This document shows positions 11,904-21,545 of a DNA stretch of 64,000 bases, piece after piece. The notes below the pieces were generated by a model that searched no databases, was not told the origin of the DNA, and saw only the letters and a list, made by a program, of their open reading frames with translations. Both the position numbers and the translations under genes were made by a program. Numbering within the stretch: position 1 is the first letter of the stretch; the number at the start of each line of letters is the position of its first letter. Source of the stretch: Bacteroidota bacterium (GTDB taxonomy: Bacteria > Bacteroidota > Bacteroidia > Palsa-948); contig JACRAM010000116.1 of NCBI GenBank assembly GCA_016213405.1, forward strand, positions 269 to 64,268, given 5' to 3'.

Positions 11904-13091
11904 CTATTTTATGATTTCAATTACTTGTCCGGCACCAACTGTTCTTCCGCCCTCGCGGATAGCAAAACGCAATCCTTTATCCATCGCAACGGGCTGAATC
12001 AATTCAACCTGAATAGTTACGTTGTCGCCAGGCATTACCATTTCGCGTCCTTCAGGAAGAGTACAGGTTCCTGTTACGTCAGTTGTTCGCATGTAAAACT
12101 GAGGACGGTAATTATTATGGAACGGAGTATGACGTCCGCCTTCTTCTTTTTTCAGAACATAAACTTCAGCTTTGAAAATAGTATGTGGAGTGATAGAGCC
12201 CGGCTTGGCAAGAACCATTCCTCTCCAAATATCTTTTTTATCTACACCGCGGAGAAGAAGTCCAGCGTTATCTCCGGCTTGTCCTGAATCAAGTTCTTTT
12301 CTGAACATTTCAACTCCGGTGATAACAGTTTTTACTTTTTCTGCACGCATTCCAACGATTTCGATTTCTTCGCCTACTTTGCAAACACCTTGTTCGATTC
12401 TGCCGGTAGCAACCGTTCCGCGACCAGTGATTGAAAAAATATCTTCAACAGGCATAAGGAATGGTTTGTCAATTATACGAACGGGCATAGGAATGTATGA
12501 GTCAACAGCATCCATGAGTTCCATAATTTTTGGAACCCATTTTGCATCTTTATTCATTGCTCCAAGAGCAGATCCCTTGATGATAGGTGTGTTTTTTCCA
12601 TCGTAACCATAGAAAGTGAGCAGATCACGGATTTCGCCTTCAACAAGTTCGATAAGATCCGGATCGTCAACCATATCAACTTTATTCATGAACACAACAA
12701 CTTGCGGAACACCCACCTGACGTGCAAGAAGAATATGTTCGCGGGTTTGTGGCATGGGTCCGTCAGTAGCTGCAACAACGAGAATCGCTCCGTCCATCTG
12801 CGCAGCTCCTGTAACCATGTTCTTAACATAGTCTGCGTGACCAGGGCAGTCAACGTGTGCATAGTGGCGTTTGTCAGTTGAGTATTCTACGTGCGCAGTG
12901 TTGATAGTGATACCGCGTTCTTTTTCTTCGGGAGCATTATCAATAGATGCAAAGTCGCGCACAGATGCAAGACCTTTATCTGCAAGCACCATAGTGATTG
13001 CGGCAGTGAGAGTAGTTTTTCCGTGGTCAACGTGACCGATTGTTCCGATGTTAACGTGTGGTTTGGAACGGTCGAATTTTTCTTTTGCCAT
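11904..13091 (-). CDS. tuf: Elongation factor Tu
   Basis: 395 aa; [22 protein letters not shown] motifs. Confidence 0.98.
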   Translation of the reverse strand: MAKEKFDRSKPHVNIGTIGHVDHGKTTLTAAITMVLADKGLASVRDFASIDNAPEEKERGITINTAHVEYSTDKRHYAHVDCPGHADYVKNMVTGAAQMDGAILVVAATDGPMPQTREHILLARQVGVPQVVVFMNKVDMVDDPDLIELVEGEIRDLLTFYGYDGKNTPIIKGSALGAMNKDAKWVPKIMELMDAVDSYIPMPVRIIDKPFLMPVEDIFSITGRGTVATGRIEQGVCKVGEEIEIVGMRAEKVKTVITGVEMFRKELDSGQAGDNAGLLLRGVDKKDIWRGMVLAKPGSITPHTIFKAEVYVLKKEEGGRHTPFHNNYRPQFYMRTTDVTGTCTLPEGREMVMPGDNVTIQVELIQPVAMDKGLRFAIREGGRTVGAGQVIEIIK

Positions 13092-13277
13092 AGTGAAAAG
13101 TGTTTAAAATATTAAACGGTTAATTCTGAATTAATAAATATTTTTTTAAGGGGTGCGAATATAGATATTATTTTCTCACACCCAATCAAAAAATACAATA
13201 TTTTTTCCTGAAATTATCGGCTAAGGAAGGAAGCGTTCACGAGCCAAAATTCCGGAAGGATATAATCAACTTTACTG

Positions 13278-13350
13278 AGCCAATGACCAGGATCGAACTG
13301 GTGACCTCGTCCTTACCATGGACGTGCTCTACCAACTGAGCTACATTGGC
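13278..13350 (-). tRNA. tRNA-Thr (anticodon GGT)
   Basis: Acceptor GCCAATG/CATTGGC, anticodon loop with GGT, T-loop GTTCGATCC. Confidence 0.85.
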
Positions 13351-13440
13351 AATTAACTCAGTTAATAGTTAATGGTTAATGGTTAATCGGGAGAACAATT
13401 AACTACTAACAGATAACAATTAACTTTTCAAAAGAACGAG

Positions 13441-13513
13441 AGCGGAAGACGGGACTCGAACCCGCAACATTCAGCTTGGAAGGCTGAAGCTCTACCAATT
13501 GAGCTACTTCCGC
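13441..13513 (-). tRNA. tRNA-Gly (anticodon TCC)
   Basis: Acceptor GCGGAAG/CTTCCGC, anticodon arm TCAGC-CTTCCAA-GCTGA, T-loop GTTCGAGTC. Confidence 0.85.
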
Positions 13514-13523
13514 AGATTTTCTG

Positions 13524-13606
13524 TGGGGAGACAAGGATTTGAACCTTGGAACTCCGAAGAGGACAGATTTACAGTCTGTTGCCTTTGACCACTTGGCTAT
13601 CTCCCC
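13524..13606 (-). tRNA. tRNA-Tyr (anticodon GTA), long variable arm
   Basis: Acceptor GGGGAGA/TCTCCCC, anticodon loop ACTGTAAATC with GTA, variable arm CCTCTTCGGAG, discriminator A. Confidence 0.85.
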
Positions 13607-13685
13607 AACTTATGTTCCAAGTTGAAAGTTGAAAGTTTCAAGTTGACCAACATGGAACAACAAACAGAAAACAAAGAACAAAAAA

Positions 13686-13758
<73 letters not shown>

Positions 13759-13817
13759 CGTATTTCATAGGGAAAACAATCATTTTTTCTCCCTACATTT
13801 TACGCATCAAAATTTTA

Positions 13818-13843
13818 ATTTAACATACAATTTAACATACATT
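13818..13843. repeat. Arm-type repeat A (two tandem 12-mers, tttaacatacaa tttaacatacat) just inside the island's left end
   Basis: atttaacatacaatttaacatacatt matches atttgacatacaatttagcatacatt at 39672-39697 at 24 of 26 positions, in the same orientation. Confidence 0.6.
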
Positions 13844-14095
13844 CAAATTTATATTATGTCAAGTATTTTATAACAAAGAACGTTTTTAAAAACAAGGGTG
13901 CGAAAGTAGAAAAATATTTTATATGTGCGTTTGCAATCAAAAGGTAATTAATTTCTTTTCCGTCTTCTCATAATCTCCAAGATATGTTCACTGTTAGCAC
14001 CAATGCAAAAAGACAAACCTCATCCACAAACTGCAACTGCGGTTTCGCAGAAAGGTGGTGAAACAATTACTTGGGCATGAAATCGGCTAACCTTT

Positions 14096-15556
14096 TCATG
14101 CAGCATCCTGAATTACTTTTTCAATGCCAGAAAAAGTCACTTTATCTCCTTCAATCATAAAAGGTATGCGGATGCGGTCAATGTTTTCTGCAATCCAGAC
14201 ATCTTTCATTTTCCAATCTCTAAAATTGTCATTAGAGATGATGTAACATTTATCTGACTTAGCTTTTTTAATAAAAAACTCATCGGCTTCCGTGCGTGAA
14301 GGAGCTTCGTGAAAGATGATTTGCTTATCGGCTATCATCTTGCTTAAAATGGTTACATCGGCTGATTTTCTTTTCAGACCAGGGTCACCAATGATGATGA
14401 TGTCTTTAAATTGCTGGCGATGCAATTCATCCACTACTAACTTAAGGTTGCTGCAATGGGGCTTATCATCTGCATTTTGGTTTTCTCTTTGTCTGTAATT
14501 TTCGTAAGCCACATTATTGCCGTCCACATAAATTTTCTGATTTGAAATCCTCCACACCTCAAAATATTCTCCGTCCGAATCAAAAATTCCGTATTGCTTG
14601 ATTTCATTTCCTTGTGTTAAGAAAGAACGGATTTCATCTTCGGTGTTTAATTTTTTCGTGAACCAATCCGGGAAAGTGCGGGTACTGTCCTCTTTTGTGA
14701 TAAACTTAAATTCTTCTTCCTTTTGATTCAGAAGTTCTTTCAATTTTTTAAGCGAAAGTTTTTTGCCGTTCTCCGCGCTCTTTAAAGCAATCATCATTAC
14801 AACCTGGTCGGAACTGTACATTCCTTTTGCTGACTTTTTAAGACCGACATAATGGTCGTATTCGTATTTGCTATGTATTTTCAAATGCTTTGCTTCCTGA
14901 TACTCTTTAATCTGCTCGAAGCCCATCTTAACAGCGTTGATGTAGTCCTCCGCGTAAGTAAATCCTTTGAGTTTCGCTTCGTCATAAGTTATCCTATCTG
15001 AAAATCCTAAGAAGAACGCTTTATCAAAGTCCCCGAAATCTTTAAACCCTTTTGCTGTGGCAAACTCGCATATCTTTATTGGCGTATCGTAGTCGCTCAA
15101 AATAAAATCCTGCGGTATCAACCCCTTGTTCTTTTCGCAACGCTCTTTGAACTTCTCATAAGAATCAAGGAATCCGAGTTTCTGCGCTTTGGCGTAAAGT
15201 GTTTTGTCCACAACTCCTGTCTTTTTACAATCCTGATATTCCTTGTAAGCGCTGATACCCGCTTTATGTGCGTCATAAAAACTTTCTGCATCGGGAAAGT
15301 CAGCTTTAACAGCATCCTCATAGTCCTCAAGCGATTTGAAATTATTGCTGTCAATGCGGTAAAGGACTTGGCTTTCGAGAAACAGAAATTCGGTTGGATG
15401 TTTTCCCTCTGAACTATTCTTTTCAGTTCGCAGAACAAATTTGACTTCATACTCCTGAAGCATCTTGATAAACCCTTTGATGTCTTTTACTCGTAAAGAT
15501 TTGAAGTCAGGAGTATCTTCAATCTCCACATAGTTGTACCTGTTTGTGCGTGCCAT
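14096..15556 (-). CDS. 486-aa protein with N-terminal GF-containing repeats (roughly 30 aa each) and a C-terminal NYN/Zc3h12a-like (PIN-fold) ribonuclease domain
   Basis: The C-terminal block IYVDGNNVAY...IIIGDPGLKRKSADVTILS...YIISNDNFRDW resembles the NYN RNase signature (v.DGsNVa). The N-terminus has repeated motifs such as DAHKAGISAYKEY, AKAQKLGFLDSYEKF, ATAKGFKDFGDFDKAFFLGF, AKLKGFTYAEDYINAVKMGFEQIKEY. Confidence 0.5.
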   Translation of the reverse strand: MARTNRYNYVEIEDTPDFKSLRVKDIKGFIKMLQEYEVKFVLRTEKNSSEGKHPTEFLFLESQVLYRIDSNNFKSLEDYEDAVKADFPDAESFYDAHKAGISAYKEYQDCKKTGVVDKTLYAKAQKLGFLDSYEKFKERCEKNKGLIPQDFILSDYDTPIKICEFATAKGFKDFGDFDKAFFLGFSDRITYDEAKLKGFTYAEDYINAVKMGFEQIKEYQEAKHLKIHSKYEYDHYVGLKKSAKGMYSSDQVVMMIALKSAENGKKLSLKKLKELLNQKEEEFKFITKEDSTRTFPDWFTKKLNTEDEIRSFLTQGNEIKQYGIFDSDGEYFEVWRISNQKIYVDGNNVAYENYRQRENQNADDKPHCSNLKLVVDELHRQQFKDIIIIGDPGLKRKSADVTILSKMIADKQIIFHEAPSRTEADEFFIKKAKSDKCYIISNDNFRDWKMKDVWIAENIDRIRIPFMIEGDKVTFSGIEKVIQDAA

Positions 15557-15600
15557 AGTGATATTGTTTTTGGTTGATGTATTTTTAGTAACGGAATATT

Positions 15601-16681
15601 CTACGAATTATTTTCTGCTATTTTGCTTTCGTCTGTTTCTGGCAAGTTCATCTCAAAATAGAAAAACGGATATGTCATTTTCATATCAATGCGTCTTTTG
15701 AGTTGTTCTTTTATTTCGTTTGCAACATACGGAAAAATAATGTTAATTTTCTCATAATAGTTTACCAGATTTCCTGCCGATGTAATTCCCAGACATAGTT
15801 TTGTTCCTATGTTTTTTGGAAACTGATTTCTTGCCTGACTGATATACATGCTTTCCTCAATGGCTTTTTGGAGCTTGCGAATGTGCGGATTCAATTTATC
15901 AGCATATAATTTTTCAATGTGTGGGGAATTTTCAGCAGAGAAAGAAATCTTTGAAAGTTCATCTGAAAATTCCTTTATCTGCGCTTTGAATGGAAGAAGG
16001 ACAGGTTTCAAATTATCCCTTGTGTATGTTTCATCTGGTTGTATGTCAAGTCAGCAAGCGGAGGAAAGTTCCAAAGAGGAATTTTGATGAAATCCGTTTC
16101 CATGTTTTCACGTGAATCAACTTGTCTGAACGAAAATATTTTTTCAACCTTCGTATCGAAAAGAAAAATGGTTGAGTTTGCAGCTACATAATCGGCAATC
16201 GAATTTATATACGGGTCTTCTCCTTTTGTTTCTTCGGAATAAAACCATCCTTCCTGCGCTTCAAAACCACCTTCCTCAATAAACGGCATCACCTCGTACA
16301 TCTTTATTCCTTTCAGCGTATTTTCTGTGTATTCTTTTAGGTTACTTTTGAAAAGCCGGATAAGGTTTTTAAACTTCTGGATAGCCAAAAGGGTTCTTTT
16401 GTCTTTGCCTTTTATATGCTGGGCTTTTTTCATGACAGGAAAAAGTCCGTCTATTTGTTTGTGGAATTGAACTGCAAACTCATCATTTTTATAAGTTTCC
16501 TTGTGCGCTTAAATAATCAGTTCATCTGTCCACCCCTCAAGTCCTCTATAAGTTACAACGGTATGTGCAGTCATGGAAATATATTTTACCGCATCTGCAA
16601 TCAGCACAAGCGGGCGAACATAGAGCGGCTCCGTGTAGTAATGGATTTTTGTATCGTTCCGATTGAAGAAAACAATTTTCA
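15601..16681 (-). pseudogene. Degraded paralog of the adjacent 365-aa gene, in three frame-disrupted fragments (16512-16681, 16008-16433, 15601-16011)
   Basis: Fragment translations MKIVFFNRNDTKIHYYTEPLYVRPLVLIADAVKY, ...FEAQEGWFYSEETKGEDPYINSIADYV... and ...LNPHIRKLQKAIEESMYISQ...LCLGITSAGNLVNYYEKINIIFPYVANEIKEQL... align to the N-terminus, middle and C-terminus of the 16679-17776 protein. An in-frame stop, a roughly 90-aa deletion and a frameshift at 16008-16011 separate the fragments. Confidence 0.65.
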
Positions 16682-17776
16682 TTGGGAGGAAACTTTAGGC
16701 GGGAGTTTGTGATAGATGAACGGCATGGAGGATTTGATGTCAATATTCTTGCCGAGTTTTTCAATTATCGCTTCTGCAACAAAGGGTAAAATCACTTCTT
16801 CCTTTTCCAGCAAACGTATTTGATTCTCTACACTTGTAATGCCCATCAAAATTTTTATGCGCTGCTCTGCTCCGTATCTGCTTTTTTGCTGCTGAACATA
16901 AATGTTTTCGTCAATCTTCTTTTGAATTTTTTCAAGATGCGGAGTAATGTTTAAATTCAAAATCGCCTGAACTTGAGTTAGTGAGTTCTCAAACGGAACG
17001 GCAGCAAGTTCTTTTTGAATTTTTTTATAATCCTGATGAAACGATTCAACAATTGGTTTCAGTTCATTCCGAACATTTTTCAGTTGGTCGTAATTAAGGT
17101 CGTGCAGGTGTGGAAACTCAAACAGTGGTGTTGAAAAGAAAAACGACTCTGCTGTGATTTCTCCTCCGTCTAATCTTGTGAAAGGGACTAACTGCTCAAT
17201 CACGTCATCTAAAATCAAATTTTGGTCGTACTCAAAAAAACTATCTACTATTTCTTTTATCAGCGGATCTTCTCCAACTGTTTCTTCCTTGTATTCTTTA
17301 TTATTCACCAGCATAAATGGAAATATTTCAAATTCATCCATCCCATCTCCTCGCGATACTTCTTCCTTTCTTGTCTTTACTGATTGCTCAAAGAACTGTA
17401 GAAGCGGGATGAGTTTATGTTGCTCCATAATATTTTCTAACCACTTTAGTACATCAGCCGCAACTTGTTTCATCAGCCGTTCCATTTTCTGATGAGCTAC
17501 TATCTGTACTTTATTTTTATTCTTTGTATTTCTTACTTGCTTTAACTTATCGTGAAATTTCACCCATTCCCCATTCCGTTGCTTATTAATTGTCTCATAC
17601 ATAATGCAACAAAATATTTCGCCCAAGTCCTGTTTGCAATGCCACATAATCATATATTCTGATATAAAACTGCTAATGGATACTTGGTTGGTATACATCA
17701 TTGCAATACGCAAATACACCGGCTCAGCAAAAGCATCGGCTTTTGTATTTGCTCGGTTGTAGATAACTAAATCCAT
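16679..17776 (-). CDS. Hypothetical protein, 365 aa, no recognisable domain (start taken at MDLVIYNRANTK)
   Basis: Long ORF with coding-like composition. A paralogous degraded copy lies immediately downstream. Start chosen by alignment with the paralog's N-terminus. Confidence 0.6.
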   Translation of the reverse strand: MDLVIYNRANTKADAFAEPVYLRIAMMYTNQVSISSFISEYMIMWHCKQDLGEIFCCIMYETINKQRNGEWVKFHDKLKQVRNTKNKNKVQIVAHQKMERLMKQVAADVLKWLENIMEQHKLIPLLQFFEQSVKTRKEEVSRGDGMDEFEIFPFMLVNNKEYKEETVGEDPLIKEIVDSFFEYDQNLILDDVIEQLVPFTRLDGGEITAESFFFSTPLFEFPHLHDLNYDQLKNVRNELKPIVESFHQDYKKIQKELAAVPFENSLTQVQAILNLNITPHLEKIQKKIDENIYVQQQKSRYGAEQRIKILMGITSVENQIRLLEKEEVILPFVAEAIIEKLGKNIDIKSSMPFIYHKLPPKVSSQ

Positions 17777-17912
17777 TTGGCGGTTCTGATTTTTGCAGGT
17801 ATTTGTCTCTATGGGAAAAGAAAAACAAAGCTCATCCAAAATACCTTTGCATCAAACTTTGAAACAAATTCTCCAACTCCCATTCACTTTCTTTGTGTTT
17901 GAGTTAAAGGGG

Positions 17913-18641
17913 TTATTCAGGTGCGTAATATTTTTTCAGCCACTTCGGATAGTTTGGAGCAGTGAAAATATTTTTTCCATTTCTCAGCTCTGCCATCGTT
18001 TCAAAATTCGTTGAGTTATCAATCAGGTAAGCGCTGGCTGATGCCTTTGCCGTTTTGGAAAAAAGTTTCAGCGATCTGAAATACCGCTGCTCAATCTTTT
18101 TATCATCCACATCGTGTCCGCCTTGCTTTACCCTCAGTTTAACCCGTTCAATGTTTAAATGCCAGTCGTTTGTAAATACAAAATAACAATAGGTTTTATA
18201 TCCTTTCTTTCTTGCTTGTTCCAGTAATTTGAGTTTTGAAGGATGGGATAAAACCGTTTCATAGCAAAACGATTGTTTGCTTTCAATAAGTTTTTCCGAG
18301 AGATACGAAGCAATAAAAGAAGCGATGTATGAATTCAATTCACCTTTTCGGATGTTCATTTTCAAAACACCGCCTTGAATATTTATTTTTTTGAGAAAAG
18401 ATTTATCCTGTATTTTTTTGAGAATACCCGATTGCCGGATGTGTTTTTTGAAGTCCTCATCCGAAACTTTTACCCGATAGGCATTAAAATGAAACCGAAG
18501 CGATTCAGAAAGTTTTTGTTCAATCTCATCCGCGTTCACATATATTTCGGTGTGAATGTAGGATTTGCTGCGTAGAAAATTAAAGAGATGGGTTTTTCCT
18601 GAGCCGTTAGGACCGGCAAACATTCTAAAACGCGGCTGCAT
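17913..18641 (-). CDS. P-loop NTPase, zeta-toxin/AAA_33-like (putative toxin kinase)
   Basis: Walker A FAGPNGSGKTHL. The C-terminal motif RVKLRVKQGGHDVDDKKIEQRY resembles the zeta-toxin family R..R...GGH.V....I..RY block. About 240 aa and preceded by a small gene. Confidence 0.45.
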   Translation of the reverse strand: MQPRFRMFAGPNGSGKTHLFNFLRSKSYIHTEIYVNADEIEQKLSESLRFHFNAYRVKVSDEDFKKHIRQSGILKKIQDKSFLKKINIQGGVLKMNIRKGELNSYIASFIASYLSEKLIESKQSFCYETVLSHPSKLKLLEQARKKGYKTYCYFVFTNDWHLNIERVKLRVKQGGHDVDDKKIEQRYFRSLKLFSKTAKASASAYLIDNSTNFETMAELRNGKNIFTAPNYPKWLKKYYAPE

Positions 18642-18645
18642 GTTT

Positions 18646-18825
18646 TCAGGATGCTTTTTTGTACTGACGCGACCTGCGTAAAACTTTAACCTTCTTATTC
18701 GGATAAATCAATTTCACTTCTCCGTTTTCAGAAATGGCAATAGGAAGGTTTTTCCGTGATGCTTTCCGTCTTGCTGATTTTGCTGCGCCTTTCAGCAGCT
18801 TTTTGAATTTTTCGTTTTCGCTCAT
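18646..18825 (-). CDS. Small basic protein (59 aa), possible antitoxin partner of the zeta-like NTPase
   Basis: ORF MSENEKFKKLLKGAAKSARRKASRKNLPIAISENGEVKLIYPNKKVKVLRRSRQYKKAS. It is below the track's length cutoff. Its stop lies 4 nt before the start codon of the downstream NTPase. Confidence 0.35.
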   Translation of the reverse strand: MSENEKFKKLLKGAAKSARRKASRKNLPIAISENGEVKLIYPNKKVKVLRRSRQYKKAS

Positions 18826-18865
18826 TGTAGTTATTTTTTACTAAGACAAATTTACAACAATATTT

Positions 18866-20035
18866 TCATCCAAAATACCTCTGCATCAAACTCTGAAACA
18901 AATTCTCCAACTCTCTTTCACTTTCTCTTTGCTTCTCACGCAGTTTTTCTACGCGCTCCACCAGCGAGGCGAATTTTTGTTGGAGTGAAAGAGGTGGAAG
19001 AATAATTTTTAAACTTCTTAAGGATTCTGTATTAATATTAAAATTACCAGCAGTAGTTTTTGCTCTTCGTAACATTTCCCCTCTGTATGAAGCGTATGAA
19101 AAATGGAATTGTAAAAAAACTGGAAGTACGATTGACAAACTTTGTAATCGCGCTCTTATTAAGTAAGACGCATAAATAAATTCTTCTTCTTTGCTAAATA
19201 TTGCACATCTTCCAATATATTCTGGATTCCCATTTGACCTTACAAAGAGAATATCTCCATTTTTTAATTTTAATTTTTCAATTTCATTCGGTTCGGGTTT
19301 GCAATATTTCAAATCGTCTTCGTTAATACTTCCTCCGATAATGTTTGGAATTCGTAAAACTGGCAAGAACCCTTTTTGAAATTTTGTTGAGCACTGAAGC
19401 GAAGTTCCATATTTTAGTCCTTCCACTAATTCTCCAAATGTTTTTATGTCCCATTCTTTCTCATTCCTCACCGGGTCTCCAAACATTTCAAGAAAGGCAG
19501 ATTGAAGAAATTGTTCTGTGAGTTGGTTTGCTTGTTTGCGCTTTTGCCGCGCTGCATCGGCTTGCTCAAGGATGCTGGCGATTTTTTGTTGGGTTTTTAA
19601 ATCGGGAACAGGAATCTCAATTCGAGATAATCCATCTGTATTAATATTTTGTTGAACTCCGCCTTTCTTATTACTTAAAATTTGTTTCCAGTAAAAATTA
19701 GAATGGGTAAAAGCACCAAAATATTTCGGATAGATTTTCTTTGTATCAAATCTTAACCTGATAAGATATGAAGCGAAAACTTCTTTAGAATTTTTACCAA
19801 AATAAATATGGGCTTTCCCAACAGAACCACTTCTTGCAATAATACAATCTCCGTCTTGAAGCAAATATCGTGGAACTTCTTTTTCATTTATTAAAACTCC
19901 AGGGACTGTTGCATAATCAACTTTTCCATATTCATCAATATCAGTAACGCGAATAAACCCAACTCCGTTCCTTTCTGGAATTGCACTACCTGTAAATCCA
20001 TAACGGATTTCGGATACTAATTCTCCTAATTTCAT
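18866..20035 (-). CDS. hsdS: Type I restriction-modification specificity subunit HsdS (two target-recognition domains)
   Basis: 389 aa with duplicated TRD architecture and conserved HsdS inter-TRD helices (LSLQQKFASLVERVEKLREKQRESERELENLFQSLMQRYF). Contiguous with hsdM. Confidence 0.9.
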   Translation of the reverse strand: MKLGELVSEIRYGFTGSAIPERNGVGFIRVTDIDEYGKVDYATVPGVLINEKEVPRYLLQDGDCIIARSGSVGKAHIYFGKNSKEVFASYLIRLRFDTKKIYPKYFGAFTHSNFYWKQILSNKKGGVQQNINTDGLSRIEIPVPDLKTQQKIASILEQADAARQKRKQANQLTEQFLQSAFLEMFGDPVRNEKEWDIKTFGELVEGLKYGTSLQCSTKFQKGFLPVLRIPNIIGGSINEDDLKYCKPEPNEIEKLKLKNGDILFVRSNGNPEYIGRCAIFSKEEEFIYASYLIRARLQSLSIVLPVFLQFHFSYASYRGEMLRRAKTTAGNFNINTESLRSLKIILPPLSLQQKFASLVERVEKLREKQRESERELENLFQSLMQRYFG

Positions 20036-21544
20036 TTACAAACTTTTCTTTATTCCTTTCACATAATCTGCTATTTCTTCTTCCAGCATTAAAATCTTAT
20101 CCATAATCTTTTCCGGCTTTTCGTATTCAACCACTTCATGCTTCACTTCCTTGTAGCGGGAAATGCTGAGGTCGTATTTATTTTTTCTGATTTCATCCTC
20201 TTTCACCAGCACCACATTCTTTCCTGTTTTGCGTTCAGGATATTTTTTCAGGATGTCAGAAATATCGTTTTCTGAAATCTTCTGGCGCTTATCGTCCAAT
20301 GAAAAACCATCAGCACTCATATCGTAAAACCAAACTTTGTCGGTTATTCCGCCCTTGGTGAAAATCAAAACTGCGGTACTTACTCCTGCATACGGTTTGA
20401 AAACGCCCGATGGCATGGAAATAATTCCTTCTAATTTGCATTTATCCACAAGTATTTGCCTCACTCCCTGATGCGCGTTGCTTGTGCCGAACAAAACGCC
20501 ATCGGGAACAATCACCACAGCGCGTCCGCCTGTTACCAGCAAGTCATAGATCAGTTCCACAAAAAGAAGTTCGGTCTTACTGGTTTTTGTGCTGAACCGT
20601 TCGTTCACATCGCTTTCATCAATGCTTCCCTTGAAAGGAGGGTTGGCGAGAATCACATCGTAACATTGTTTTTCTGAAAATTGTTTGGAGAGCGCATCGG
20701 CATATTTGAAATTTGGATTATCCACACCGTGAAGCATCAGGTTCATCGCACCCATACGCACCATCGTGGCATCAAAGTCAAATCCGGTAAGCGCACGGCT
20801 CTTTAGGAACTCATGCAATTTCGGGTTAGTGATCTTATCACCTATCAGATTATGCGCCTTGCCTTCTTCATCGTAAGTGAGAATATCGGGTGATGTGTTG
20901 CTCTCCAAAATATGTTCGTAAGCTGAGACCAGGAATCCGGCAGTACCCGCAGCAGGATCGCATATACGCTCGCCTATCTTCGGGTCAATGAGTTTGGTCA
21001 TCATGCGGATGATGTGACGCGGGGTGCGGAACTGCCCGTTTTTTCCGGCAGTAGAAAGTTGTCCGAGCAGGTATTCGTAGAGGTCGCCCTGCACATCAAT
21101 ATTCTGCTCGCTGATGTGCATGTCGTCAATAATCTTGACAGCTTCCTGCAAGAGCGATGCTTTGGGTATGCTGAACATGGCATCTTCCATGTGCTGAGTG
21201 AAGGAACTGGTTTCACTTCCGAGATTGCGTAGGAACTCAAACACGGTGTCGCGCACATGCCGGAGCATTTCATCGCCCGGCAACTGGCTCCAGTAACTCC
21301 AACGGCATTTTTCTTTGTCAATTTTTCTTCCTCCAACATCCATTTTTCCGATGAACACGGATTTGAAATCGGTCTTCCTTCGCTTGGCAGCAGCAGCGCG
21401 CGCATTGTCCATATCTTCCAGCCGTTTAAGGAAAATCAAATAACTCATCTGCTCTATGGCAGTAAGCGGATTGCTGATACCTCCGCTCCAGAAACGGTTC
21501 CAGAGGGCATCTACTTGGGATTTGAGGGCGGGGTTGGTGAGCAT
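20036..21544 (-). CDS. hsdM: Type I restriction-modification N6-adenine DNA methyltransferase HsdM
   Basis: 502 aa; HsdM N-terminal domain; SAM-binding DPAAGTAGFL; catalytic NPPF in ILANPPFKGS. Confidence 0.93.
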   Translation of the reverse strand: MLTNPALKSQVDALWNRFWSGGISNPLTAIEQMSYLIFLKRLEDMDNARAAAAKRRKTDFKSVFIGKMDVGGRKIDKEKCRWSYWSQLPGDEMLRHVRDTVFEFLRNLGSETSSFTQHMEDAMFSIPKASLLQEAVKIIDDMHISEQNIDVQGDLYEYLLGQLSTAGKNGQFRTPRHIIRMMTKLIDPKIGERICDPAAGTAGFLVSAYEHILESNTSPDILTYDEEGKAHNLIGDKITNPKLHEFLKSRALTGFDFDATMVRMGAMNLMLHGVDNPNFKYADALSKQFSEKQCYDVILANPPFKGSIDESDVNERFSTKTSKTELLFVELIYDLLVTGGRAVVIVPDGVLFGTSNAHQGVRQILVDKCKLEGIISMPSGVFKPYAGVSTAVLIFTKGGITDKVWFYDMSADGFSLDDKRQKISENDISDILKKYPERKTGKNVVLVKEDEIRKNKYDLSISRYKEVKHEVVEYEKPEKIMDKILMLEEEIADYVKGIKKSL

Positions 21545-21545
21545 A

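Noticed and set aside
15118-15450. 110-aa ORF nested in an alternative frame within the NYN-domain gene
   Set aside because: Same strand but a different frame from a longer, domain-containing ORF, so it is spurious.
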